A stretch of 64,000 bases of DNA from Verrucomicrobiaceae bacterium. GTDB lineage: Bacteria > Verrucomicrobiota > Verrucomicrobiia > Verrucomicrobiales > Verrucomicrobiaceae. The position numbers and the translations under genes were made by a program. The notes below the pieces were generated by a model, which did no database searches, had not been told where the DNA came from, and worked only from the letters and a program-made list of their open reading frames with translations. Every line of letters starts with the position of its first letter. The stretch's first letter is position 1. This document shows, in pieces, positions 36,842 through 46,005 of this stretch. Location of the stretch: contig JAXMHS010000004.1 of the NCBI GenBank assembly GCA_046346695.1, forward strand, positions 98,085-162,084, read 5' to 3'.

Positions 36842-37777
36842 TCAAAAATGTAGTTTCAGCATCCTTGGTTTGTTGATGTTGGGTTTTTCTGTTGCGCTGT
36901 CAAACGCAGCGGAGGTCTCATCGAGCGTAGCGAGATGAGGCCGCAGCGAAGTTTGACAGCGTGCGGCCACCTCCGCCGGGGTTCGGTAGCCCAGCGAGCT
37001 GTGCGGCCGACATTCGTTGTACTCGTGCCGCCAGGCGTCGATGATCACCCTGGCTTCCGCCAGCGTGCCAAAGACTTCGCGGTTGAGGCACTCGTCGCGC
37101 AGCTTGTCGTGGAACGATTCGATATATGCGTTCTCCCACGGCGAGCCGGGCTTGATATAGAGCGTCTTGATGTGCTTCGCTGCGAGCCAGTCCTGGATGG
37201 CATACGCGACGAACTCCGGTCCGTTGTCACTGCGGATGTGCTCGGGCGTGCCGTGCTTGTGCATGGCCTGCTCCAGCACCATGAGCACATCCTGCGCACG
37301 GATCGACCACGCCACATGCGTGGCAAGGCATTGCCGCGTGTGCTCGTCGATGAGCGTCAGGATGCGGAACGCTCCTCCTGATTCGGTCTGGTCCATCACG
37401 AAGTCCCAGCTCCACACCTGGTTGCGCCGTGCGGCGCTCAGACGCTGTGCCTGGGATGGGCCAAGCCTGCGTGTGCGTCGCTGACGCTTGCGCACCTGCA
37501 GCCCTTCGGCACGTCTCACGCGTGCCACGCGCTTGGCGTTGATCCGCCTGCCTTCGCGTCTCAGCAGCGCGGTGATGCGCCGGTAGCCGTAGCGCGGATG
37601 CTGGCGGCTCAACTTCACGATGCGGTTGTTCATCCTCCGGCTGCCTTGACTCACTGCCTTCACGCGATAATAGCCCGAACGTGCCAGCCGCACCGCACGA
37701 CACGCCTGCGTGATCCTGCCAAGACCACTGTCCACCGCGCAGCGTGCCGCTTGGCGTTTGCTCGCCGGGCTCACCAT
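36842..37777 (-). CDS. IS3-family transposase OrfB (DDE integrase core)
   Basis: YGYRRI, WSWDF, IRSDNGPEF, PGSPWENAYIESF, EYNECRPHSSLG. Confidence 0.95.
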   Translation of the reverse strand: MVSPASKRQAARCAVDSGLGRITQACRAVRLARSGYYRVKAVSQGSRRMNNRIVKLSRQHPRYGYRRITALLRREGRRINAKRVARVRRAEGLQVRKRQRRTRRLGPSQAQRLSAARRNQVWSWDFVMDQTESGGAFRILTLIDEHTRQCLATHVAWSIRAQDVLMVLEQAMHKHGTPEHIRSDNGPEFVAYAIQDWLAAKHIKTLYIKPGSPWENAYIESFHDKLRDECLNREVFGTLAEARVIIDAWRHEYNECRPHSSLGYRTPAEVAARCQTSLRPHLATLDETSAAFDSATEKPNINKPRMLKLHF

Positions 37778-38037
37778 TTTTTTGCGTTCACGAACTTCAA
37801 GATGTCGATCTGCACGCTGAGGTCCGCGACGATGCGTTTGAGACGCGCGTTCTCTTCGGCAAGAGCACGCGCCTGCCTCAGCTCATCGACCTGCATCCCG
37901 CCGTATTTGCGCTTCCACCCGTAGTAGGTCTGCTCGCTGATGTTGTGCCGTGCGCACACCTCTTTGACCTTCATCCCACCCTGCGCTTCGCGCAGGATGC
38001 TCACGATCTTCTCCTCACTGTGTCTGCTCTTTTTCAT
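37771..38037 (-). CDS. IS3-family transposase OrfA (HTH)
   Basis: MKKSRHSEEKI..LRE..G..V..VC..H.IS..TYY.WKRKYGGM; joins OrfB by a -1 shift at GCA AAA AAA TGG. Confidence 0.95.
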   Translation of the reverse strand: MKKSRHSEEKIVSILREAQGGMKVKEVCARHNISEQTYYGWKRKYGGMQVDELRQARALAEENARLKRIVADLSVQIDILKFVNAKKW

Positions 38038-38156
38038 GTCGTTCTGTTCTCCTGGTTACGGAGCCAGAACTACATTTTACAACTGTCCTCTTTTCCGGGG
38101 GCAGGCCAAGGACGGGACTGTGGGTGTTTCCCAAGGGAGACATTGGCCATGAAAAG

Positions 38157-38346
38157 GGCGAACAAAGCGCTGGAGGCAACAGCGGGGGCTTGGGTGTCGG
38201 CGATGGTCTTCCGTAGCCCGACCGCAGGTGTCACACATCCTGCTGCCAGCCGCCTTCGCCCCCGGCAGGATGTGCGCCACCTGCTAGCGCCATCCCGTTT
38301 CCACGCTTTCCGCCGCCCCCGCCGTGCCTCAGCTTAATCGTTAGCC
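38157..38346 (+). other. attC site 2 (long, 190 bp)
   Basis: R'' GGCGAAC ... R' GTTAGCC; arms GCT[G]GAGGCAACAGCGGGGGC / GCCCCCGCCGTGCCTCAGC. Confidence 0.8.
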
Positions 38347-38356
38347 GTCACCACGC

Positions 38357-38758
38357 ATGTGGGGAGCACTCCAACACCCAAGACACGTCGAGTTCTATGA
38401 AGAGTTTCACGCTGGCAGGCAGAGTGACGACCAAGACTGGATGCCGATGGTCAGAGCAGTTCAGCATCTTCAGTCGCTTTCAGTCGCGCCCGGCCTTTAC
38501 GCATTCACTTCGCTCTGGCGGTTTCATCTCACGACCGCCCCGGCTTACCAGGAGTGCGACAGTCATTGTTCGGTCACTGTCATTTGGCGGTGGACCGACC
38601 GGCGTTTTCACATTGCGTTTGGTCGGCTCGCAGGCGGCTGGGTGGATGACCGACCACCGGAGCAGATTTGTGATGAATCTGGTTTTGCCGTTGTCATCGA
38701 GCCATTCATTCAGCGACTCTTGGCTTCGTCATCCGAGCATGGGAACCTAGACGGCTAA
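38357..38758 (+). CDS. Gene cassette 3: hypothetical protein (133 aa)
   Basis: ATG 10 nt after R' GTTAGCC; stop TAA lies inside R'' GGCTAAC. Confidence 0.75.
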   Translation: MWGALQHPRHVEFYEEFHAGRQSDDQDWMPMVRAVQHLQSLSVAPGLYAFTSLWRFHLTTAPAYQECDSHCSVTVIWRWTDRRFHIAFGRLAGGWVDDRPPEQICDESGFAVVIEPFIQRLLASSSEHGNLDG

Positions 38759-38814
38759 CCACGAGCGGCAGGCCGTCGCCGTTGCAATCCGACTTGTGGC
38801 CGCCTTCGTTGAGC
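38753..38814 (+). other. attC site 3 (short or degenerate, about 62 bp)
   Basis: R'' GGCTAAC ... R' GTTGAGC; GCGGC/GCCGC and GTCG/CGAC pairing. Confidence 0.55.
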
Positions 38815-38894
38815 TTGGACTTAAGTCAATCCCGTCACACACTGATCGCTCGAATGCTTGCCAGCGATGCCGGCGCGTGCGAGGGCGAATGTGC

Positions 38895-39791
38895 ATGATT
38901 TCTCGCTCTCTCATTGTTTTCGCCGTCGCTCTGATGTCCTCCAGCCTGTGCCCTGCGCAGATTCCCACGCACGAGAACGTCCCCTACGGCACGCATGAGA
39001 AGCAGGTGCTGGATTTCTGGCAGGCGAAGTCGGAGCAGGCGAAGACGCCGCTGCTGTTCTTCGTTCATGGCGGCGGGTGGTTGAACGGAGACAAGGCGAA
39101 TCCGGATTTTTTGGCGAAGTGCCTCGAAAACGGCATCTCGGTCGTCTCGATCAACTACCGCCTCATTTCGGACGCGCAGGCGGCGAAGATCGATCCGCCA
39201 GTGAAGGCGTGTCTGGACGATTCGGCGCGAGCGTTGCAGTTCGTGCGCAGCAAGGCGGACGAATGGCACATCGACAAGGAGCGCATCGGTGGCTGCGGGG
39301 GCTCGGCGGGTGGGTTCACGGTACTGTGGCTGGCGTTTTCACCCGACATGACCGATGCGAAGAGCGCGGACCCGGTTTCACGCGAATCGACCCGGTTGCG
39401 CTGCGTGATGGCCTTTGTGCCGCAGACCACGCTGGATCCGAAGCAGATGCAGGCGTGGATTCCGAACAACACGTATGGCAACCACGCCTTCGGTCTGCCG
39501 AGCATGGACGACTTCGTGGCGAAACGGGACGCGCTGCTGCCGTGGATCGAGCGTTTCTCGCCCTATGCACTCGCCTCGAATGACGATCCGCCGGTGCTGC
39601 TCTTCTACGACAACCCGCCGAACCTCGGCCAGCCCTACAAAGACCCGCCGCACAGCGGAAACTTCGGCGCGGGCATCGCGGAGAAGCTCAAGGCCGTCGG
39701 CATCGAGCACGAGATCAATTACAACAACGATTACGCGCACATGCGCTGGCCGGATTTGTTCGGCTTCATCGCGGAAAAGCTCAAGAAGTGA
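38895..39791 (+). CDS. Secreted alpha/beta hydrolase (esterase/lipase-like)
   Basis: Signal peptide; FVHGGGW, VSINYRL, GGSAGG. Confidence 0.88.
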   Translation: MISRSLIVFAVALMSSSLCPAQIPTHENVPYGTHEKQVLDFWQAKSEQAKTPLLFFVHGGGWLNGDKANPDFLAKCLENGISVVSINYRLISDAQAAKIDPPVKACLDDSARALQFVRSKADEWHIDKERIGGCGGSAGGFTVLWLAFSPDMTDAKSADPVSRESTRLRCVMAFVPQTTLDPKQMQAWIPNNTYGNHAFGLPSMDDFVAKRDALLPWIERFSPYALASNDDPPVLLFYDNPPNLGQPYKDPPHSGNFGAGIAEKLKAVGIEHEINYNNDYAHMRWPDLFGFIAEKLKK

Positions 39792-39987
39792 CGCAAAACG
39801 GGCCAAGATGGTTCCCCGCGAGGCTTTCGCCATCCCCGTCACGACTGACTGCAAGATGATGATCCGGCGGGGCGTTGTGCCCATCCCCCATTGATGCGAA
39901 TCACGCCTCCCTTGCGGACGCGATGAAAATCGCATTGAAGCATGTCAGGCTCTCACGATGTTCCTGCCGCACCCCAACTCCTTTTCC

Positions 39988-42276
39988 ATGCACACCCGAC
40001 CCTGTTCCTCCCTCGCCCTTTGGTTCGCCACTTCGCTGGCCCTGACCGGAATCACCACCGCCAATGACTGGACGAGCTGGCGCGGGCCGTTGCAGAACGG
40101 CGTAAGCCTGGAGCATTACAAGAGCGCGGGCAAGCTGTCTGAAACCCCGGCCTGGACCTATGCTGCCCGCGGGCGTGGCACGGCGGTGGTGTTTGACGGC
40201 AAAGTCATTTTGTGGGGCTACAAAGGCGAGACGACCGATCTGATCGAGCTGATCACCTGCATGGATGCCAAGACGGGCAAAAAGCTCTGGGAGCACGAAC
40301 TGCCGGATTACCTAAGCGACTCGATCTACAACCGCTATTCCATCGGCGCACCGACGGTCGATCCTGAAACGAAGCGCATCTACCTCGTGAGCAACGCCGG
40401 CACCTTTTATTGCTGGGAGATCGACGGCTCGAAGGTGTTTGAGCTGAGCCTCATGGAAGATTTGGGCCGCATGACCTTCCCGAACGCGCGCGTGGGCAGC
40501 CCGGTCATCGAGGGTGACTACGTGCTGACACATTTCATCTACTCGAACTGGGGCGCGGATGGCCCGGCGGCAGACCGCATCTACGGCTTCGACAAGAAGA
40601 CCGGCGAACTGGTCTGGTGGTCAATGCCCGGTGTGAATCCCCCCGTGGACAGCTCCTTCTCCACCCCCGTGCTGGAAACCCGTGACGGCAAACGCGTGGC
40701 CTACTTCACCACCGGCTGCGGTCACGTCGTGTGCGTGAACGCACGCAACGGCAAGCCTTACTGGAAGATGCCGATCTGCAAAAACGGCGTGAATCCGAGC
40801 GTCGTGCTGCACAAAGGCAACCTTATTGCCATCCACAACGACGAAAACGTGGACAGCTCCGAAAAGGGACGCCTCGTCTGCATCAAGCTGCCGGAAAAGC
40901 TCACCGCGGCCGTGCCGCCCGCGACGGATTCCACCGTGTTGGAGCCCAGCGCCGAGGTGTGGCGCAATCCGATCGGCGCGACGAGCAGTTCGCCCGTGCT
41001 GGTGGGCGATGTGGTTTACCAGCTCACTGACGGTGCGGAATTGTATGCCATCGACGCCAACACCGGCGCTGATCTTTGGAAGCTGAAGCTCAGCAATGCG
41101 AACCTCCATTCCTCCCCGCTCTATGCAGATGGCTTGCTTTACTGCCCGCTGATGGAAGGCAAGCTGTCGGTGGTGAAGCCGGGCGCGAAGTCTGGCGAGG
41201 TCGTGCAGGAGATCAAACTCGAAGGCGACTGCCTCGGCGCGCCGAGCATCTGCGACGGCATGGTGTATGTGACGACGACGGAGAAGTTTTACGCGTTCGC
41301 CATTCCGAACAAGGGCATCACAGTGGACGCCGCGCCGAAGCCAGTGATTCCGAAAACAGGCAAAGCGGTGGCCTTGCAGGCCATTCCTGCCGAGGTTGTC
41401 GTTCTTGCCGGTGACAAGCAGACCTTCCGCATCCGCAGTGTGGACGCGAACGGAATGGTGGTGAGCGACAACGTGAAAGGCGTGAAGTGGGAAAGCTTCA
41501 TCCCGCCGACTGCCAAGGTGAAGGCGACGATGGACGCGAAGTTCAACGATGCCGGGGAACTCGTCGTGGCACCCGATGCGAAGATCAGCGCAGGCGCGTT
41601 CAAAGGCACGGCTCCAGACGGGCTCTTCGGCACCATCCGCGGACGCACGCTCAAGAACCTGCCAATCACCGAGGATTTCGAAGGCTACAACCTGACGGAG
41701 GAGTTCGGCGCCGACCAGGTCAACCCGGCCTACAAGTTCGCCTATCCGCCGCTGCCGTGGATCGGTGCCCGCTTCAAGTTCCAGGTCATGGACAAAGACG
41801 GCAACAAGGTCTTCGGCAAGAGCTTTGACCGTCTGCTGTTCCAACGTGCCACGGTGTTCATCGCGCCGTCCCAATTGAAGAACTACACCATGCAGGCCGA
41901 TGTGATGACGGATGGCTCCGCACGCTCGAAATCAGACATCGGCCTCGTGAACCAACGCTACCTGATCTGCCTGCGCGGCAATGCTGGCAAATTGGAAGTC
42001 AGTTCCAACCTGGAGCGCCTGAAGCAGGAAGTTCCCTTCAAGCTGACCGCCAACAAGTGGTACACGCTCAAGACACGCGTGGATGTGGCTGACAACGGCA
42101 GCGGTGTGGTGAAGGCGAAAGTCTGGGAAAAAAGCGCCGCAGAGCCCGATGCCTGGACCATCGAGGTAAAGGTACCGCGTGCGCACAAGAACGGCTCGCC
42201 GGGCATCTTCGGTTTCACGCCTCTGAATCAGAAGCGTGTCTTCCTCGACAATTTGAGCATCACAGCGAACAAGTGA
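39988..42276 (+). CDS. PQQ-like beta-propeller repeat protein (BamB-like) with C-terminal Ig and beta-sandwich domains
   Basis: DWTSWRGP, repeated DAKTGKKLW / SSPV / SSPL motifs. Confidence 0.85.
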   Translation: MHTRPCSSLALWFATSLALTGITTANDWTSWRGPLQNGVSLEHYKSAGKLSETPAWTYAARGRGTAVVFDGKVILWGYKGETTDLIELITCMDAKTGKKLWEHELPDYLSDSIYNRYSIGAPTVDPETKRIYLVSNAGTFYCWEIDGSKVFELSLMEDLGRMTFPNARVGSPVIEGDYVLTHFIYSNWGADGPAADRIYGFDKKTGELVWWSMPGVNPPVDSSFSTPVLETRDGKRVAYFTTGCGHVVCVNARNGKPYWKMPICKNGVNPSVVLHKGNLIAIHNDENVDSSEKGRLVCIKLPEKLTAAVPPATDSTVLEPSAEVWRNPIGATSSSPVLVGDVVYQLTDGAELYAIDANTGADLWKLKLSNANLHSSPLYADGLLYCPLMEGKLSVVKPGAKSGEVVQEIKLEGDCLGAPSICDGMVYVTTTEKFYAFAIPNKGITVDAAPKPVIPKTGKAVALQAIPAEVVVLAGDKQTFRIRSVDANGMVVSDNVKGVKWESFIPPTAKVKATMDAKFNDAGELVVAPDAKISAGAFKGTAPDGLFGTIRGRTLKNLPITEDFEGYNLTEEFGADQVNPAYKFAYPPLPWIGARFKFQVMDKDGNKVFGKSFDRLLFQRATVFIAPSQLKNYTMQADVMTDGSARSKSDIGLVNQRYLICLRGNAGKLEVSSNLERLKQEVPFKLTANKWYTLKTRVDVADNGSGVVKAKVWEKSAAEPDAWTIEVKVPRAHKNGSPGIFGFTPLNQKRVFLDNLSITANK

Positions 42277-42321
42277 CCACCACCGGCCTCCGACCGCCCA
42301 ACCCCAACTCGAGTTTTACAC

Positions 42322-43959
42322 ATGACCACGAAAACCACCACACTCCTCCTCGCCGCGGTGCTCGCCGCCTCGGCCACGCTGCGTGCCGCTGATTACAGTC
42401 AGTGGGGCGGCGGCAACACCCGCAACATGGTGTCCGATGAAAAGGGCCTGCCCATCGACATTGATCCCGGCAAAAAATTCGGACCCAAGGCTGCGCCGAA
42501 AGCCGCTGGCCGCCTTCGCCCAAATGCCCAGGAAGCCAACAAGGCACCAGGAGCAGAGGACATCGACATGAGCACCACCAAGAACTGCCTCTGGGTGGCC
42601 AAGCTCGGCTCGCAGACCTACGGCACACCGATGATAGCCAACGGCAAGGTCTATGTCGGCACCAACAACGAATCACCGCGTGATCCGAAGCACACCGGCG
42701 ACCGCGGCATTGTGATGGTTTTTGACGAGTACACCGGTGAGTTCAAATGGCAGTTCGTGTCCCCCAAGATGGGCAGCGGCAAGGTGAATGACTGGGAGTA
42801 CCTCGGCATCTGTGCCAGCCCGACGATCGTCGGCGACAAGGCCTACGTGCCCAGCAATCGCTGCCAGATCGTCTGCCTCGACGTGAAGGGCCTTTCCGAT
42901 GGCAACCAGGGCATGCAGGACGAGGGCGCCTTCATGGCTCCGCTCGACAAGGATGGCAAACCAACCGCTCCCCTCACTCCTGGCGACACCGATGCGGACA
43001 TTCTTTGGGTTTACGACATGTACAAGGAACTCGGCGTGTTCCAGCACAACGCCACCGCCGGTTATCCGCTTGTGATCGACGGAAAGGTCTTTGTGCCGAC
43101 TTGCAATGGTGTGGACTGGACGCACACGAACATCCCGGCGCCGAATTCCCCGAGCTTCATCATGCTTGATGCGGAAACCGGCGCGCTGCTTGGCGAGCAA
43201 GATCACGTGGCCTCCGAACGCGTGCTCCACTGCTCATGGTCTTCGCCGAACTCGCTCGACGTGAACGGCAAGAAGCAGATCATCTTCGCCGCCGGTGACG
43301 GCTGGGTTTACTCGATGGCTCCCGAAACTCACAAGGATGCCGAGGACCTCGACATCCTGAATGAATTCTGGCGCTACGACGCCAATCCGCCCGAGTACCG
43401 CAAAAACTCCCAAGGCGAGCCGATCAAGTACGTCGAATACGACGGCCCGAGTGAAATCATCGCCACGCCCACCGTGGCTGACGGCCTCATCTACGTGAAC
43501 ATCGGACAGGATCCTGAGCACGGCGAAGGGGTCGGCTGCCTGAGCTGCCTTGATCCGAAGATGAGCGGTGACATTTCCGGCAAGGCTCTTTGGACCTTCA
43601 AGGACATCGAGCGCACCATCTCCACTCCTGCGGTGAAGGATGGACTCGTTTACGCCGCTGATTACACAGGCCGAGTGTTCTGCCTCGACGCCAAGACCGG
43701 CAAGCAATACTGGAAGTTCGACACCAAGGGCCACATCTGGGCCAGTCCGCTCGTCGCTGATGGCAAAGTCTGGATTGGCAACGAAGAAGGCGAACTCTTC
43801 ATCCTGGCCGAAGGCAAGGAGCTGAAGGAGATCAAGACCATCGAATTCCCCTCCCCGTTGCTCAGCTCGGTGGTCGCCGCCAACGGCGCCCTCTACATCA
43901 CCACCCACACGCACCTTTACTGCTTCAAGGAGGGCGCCAAGCCCGCCGCGGCGCAGTAA
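42322..43959 (+). CDS. PQQ-like beta-propeller repeat protein
   Basis: Signal peptide; YSQWGG, TYGTP, LDAKTGKQYW, WASPLVADG. Confidence 0.85.
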   Translation: MTTKTTTLLLAAVLAASATLRAADYSQWGGGNTRNMVSDEKGLPIDIDPGKKFGPKAAPKAAGRLRPNAQEANKAPGAEDIDMSTTKNCLWVAKLGSQTYGTPMIANGKVYVGTNNESPRDPKHTGDRGIVMVFDEYTGEFKWQFVSPKMGSGKVNDWEYLGICASPTIVGDKAYVPSNRCQIVCLDVKGLSDGNQGMQDEGAFMAPLDKDGKPTAPLTPGDTDADILWVYDMYKELGVFQHNATAGYPLVIDGKVFVPTCNGVDWTHTNIPAPNSPSFIMLDAETGALLGEQDHVASERVLHCSWSSPNSLDVNGKKQIIFAAGDGWVYSMAPETHKDAEDLDILNEFWRYDANPPEYRKNSQGEPIKYVEYDGPSEIIATPTVADGLIYVNIGQDPEHGEGVGCLSCLDPKMSGDISGKALWTFKDIERTISTPAVKDGLVYAADYTGRVFCLDAKTGKQYWKFDTKGHIWASPLVADGKVWIGNEEGELFILAEGKELKEIKTIEFPSPLLSSVVAANGALYITTHTHLYCFKEGAKPAAAQ

Positions 43960-44080
43960 GCCGCGAAGTGACTGCAACAAGCTGGTGTTGCCAATGGCAG
44001 AATTTCAACGCCGCGGAGGAAACTCCGCGGCGTTTTTCGTGCATGGCGCAACATCGAACGCAGGCAGACGTAATCGCTTC

Positions 44081-45004
44081 ATGACCTCGCGCCGCTCCTT
44101 CCTGTCCACCAGTCTCGCAGCCATCGCTTCCCGGAGTTTCGCGCAAAGTGATACCGTGGAGCCGATCATCGACATCCACCAGCACACGCACTATCACGGC
44201 CGGCTCGATGAGCATCTACTCGCGCATCAGAAGGCCATGGGCATCACCACGACCATTTTGCTGCCCGGCGGCACGTGGGTGGACAGGCCCTCCACTCACA
44301 ACGGCAAATCAAACGGCCTGGCTGCGCGCTGCGGCACCACCAAGGACGCGTATGAATTCGCGAAGGCCCATCCTGATGCCTACATCTGGGGCGCGAACGA
44401 AGTCACCGATCTCGACAACGCACCCGCGGAGATCGAAAAATGGCTCAAGATGGGCGCCTGCATCATTGGTGAGCAGAAGTTCAAGGTGGAATGTGATTCA
44501 CCCGAGAGCCAGAAGCTCTACGAACTGGCCGCTGCTTACAATGTGCCGATCCTTCTGCATTTCCAATTCCAGACGTACAACCTGGGCTACGAGCGCTTCC
44601 ACACGATGCTCGCCAAATACTCGAAGACGAACTTCATCGGCCATGCGCAGACATTCTGGGGCAACATCGACAAGATGCAGGAGCAGAAGAACCTGTATCC
44701 CAAGGGCAAGGTCACGCCCGGCGGCCTCACGGACCGTTATCTGGCCGATTATCCCAACATGTTCGCCGACATGTCCGCGGGTTCCGGTTTGAACGCGCTC
44801 ACCCGCGACGAGGAGCACACCACGAAGTTCTTCGAGCGGCATCAGGACAAGATTCTCTACGGCAGCGACTGCGCGGATCATCTTGGCCGCGGCCCCGGCT
44901 GCCAGGGTGCGGCCACCATCGCCGCCATCCGCAAGCTCGCGCCCAACAAGGCCGTCGAACGCAAAATCCTCTTTGAGAACTCGAAGAAGCTTTTCCGGCT
45001 CTGA
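44081..45004 (+). CDS. Tat-exported amidohydrolase_2-family protein
   Basis: SRRSFL Tat motif; IIDIHQH, ILLH, FIGHA, LYGSD. Confidence 0.85.
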   Translation: MTSRRSFLSTSLAAIASRSFAQSDTVEPIIDIHQHTHYHGRLDEHLLAHQKAMGITTTILLPGGTWVDRPSTHNGKSNGLAARCGTTKDAYEFAKAHPDAYIWGANEVTDLDNAPAEIEKWLKMGACIIGEQKFKVECDSPESQKLYELAAAYNVPILLHFQFQTYNLGYERFHTMLAKYSKTNFIGHAQTFWGNIDKMQEQKNLYPKGKVTPGGLTDRYLADYPNMFADMSAGSGLNALTRDEEHTTKFFERHQDKILYGSDCADHLGRGPGCQGAATIAAIRKLAPNKAVERKILFENSKKLFRL

Positions 45005-45020
45005 ATTTACTCGCAGACTT

Positions 45021-45189
45021 GGAGCGCGAGTGTGTCGGAGTGTGTCAAAGACCACTCGCCATTCTTATCTCCAGCCGCAGTCTGCTGCCCAAACGCAGCC
45101 ATCTGGCCAATGGAATCCCTCAGGCTACTCGCTGCTTGCCTCCATGGCACAGCCGCAGGAATGTCAGGCGAGTTGAAAACTCGCGCTCC
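45021..45189. repeat. REP doublet of a second class (GGAGCGCGAGT...ACTCGCGCTCC)
   Basis: The right REP reads GGAGCGCGAGTTTTCAACTCGC on the minus strand (GGAG plus hairpin); the left copy is degenerate. Confidence 0.6.
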
Positions 45190-45193
45190 CTCA

Positions 45194-45979
45194 ATGCTCA
45201 TCACCAGTTCCTCCAACGAACGTGTCAAACACGCCCGCCGCGTGCGGGATGGTCGTGAGCGCGATCTCATTTTCGTCGAAGGCGAGCGGCTCGTGGCCGA
45301 GTGCATCGCCTCGCAATTGAAGCAGCACGCCTGCTTCATCACCAGCGAGCCTTCTGCCTCACAGCAGGACTTGTTGCAAACCCTCACCTGCCCCGTGTTC
45401 GAGCTTTCCGGACAGGTGATCGAGTCACTGAGCGACACCATGTCCACGCAGGGCATCATCCTGATTGCGGAACGGCCGTTTCCCGAGGTGGATCGCTTCT
45501 TCGCAGCCTCGGCGCCATTGCTGCTCGGTCTGGACCGCGTTCAGGATCCTGGAAATCTTGGAACCCTCGTCCGCACCGCCGAAGCCGCGGGTGTGAGCGG
45601 TGTTTTCTCCTTCGCCGGCTCGGCCGATGCGTTTTCGCCGAAGGCTTTGCGCAGTTCCATGGGCTCGGCATTTCGCCTCCCCATCCTGCCGGAGGTTTCC
45701 GGGCTCGGCACGCTCACGACATGCCGGGAACGTGGCCTCAAATCCGTGGTGGCCACGGGCGATGCGGATCTGGCGCACTACGATTACGACTGGCGCCAGC
45801 CCACGCTGTTGATTCTCGGCAACGAAGGCCGCGGAGTAAGCACCGAGTTGCTCAGCGTGTGCGATGTTCGTGTGCGCATCCCGCTTCATCCGCCGGTCGA
45901 ATCTTTGAACGTCGCCGCCGCGGGTGCGGCGCTGTTGTTTGAGGCGGTGCGCCAGCGCACGTTGCGGGCTTCTGCCTGA
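45194..45979 (+). CDS. TrmH/SpoU-family RNA methyltransferase
   Basis: VEGERLV, LDRVQDPGNLGTL, ALRSSMG, LGNEGRG, ESLNVA. Confidence 0.92.
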   Translation: MLITSSSNERVKHARRVRDGRERDLIFVEGERLVAECIASQLKQHACFITSEPSASQQDLLQTLTCPVFELSGQVIESLSDTMSTQGIILIAERPFPEVDRFFAASAPLLLGLDRVQDPGNLGTLVRTAEAAGVSGVFSFAGSADAFSPKALRSSMGSAFRLPILPEVSGLGTLTTCRERGLKSVVATGDADLAHYDYDWRQPTLLILGNEGRGVSTELLSVCDVRVRIPLHPPVESLNVAAAGAALLFEAVRQRTLRASA

Positions 45980-46005
45980 GGCGCGGGCCGCTGCCGCAAG
46001 GAAAA

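Larger units (their letters stand above)
36817..38108 (-). mobile_element. IS3-family (IS407-group-like) insertion sequence, 1292 bp, apparently intact
   Basis: IRs TGGCCTGCCCCCGGAA at both ends; 4-bp TSD AGGA (36813-16 / 38109-12); orfA/orfB with an A7 slippery site. Confidence 0.97.

Noticed and set aside
39988-43959. Lanthanide or PQQ alcohol dehydrogenase (XoxF/MxaF/ExaF)
   Set aside because: No adjacent-Cys disulfide or catalytic Asp motifs recognisable; repeats are of the generic BamB-like type.
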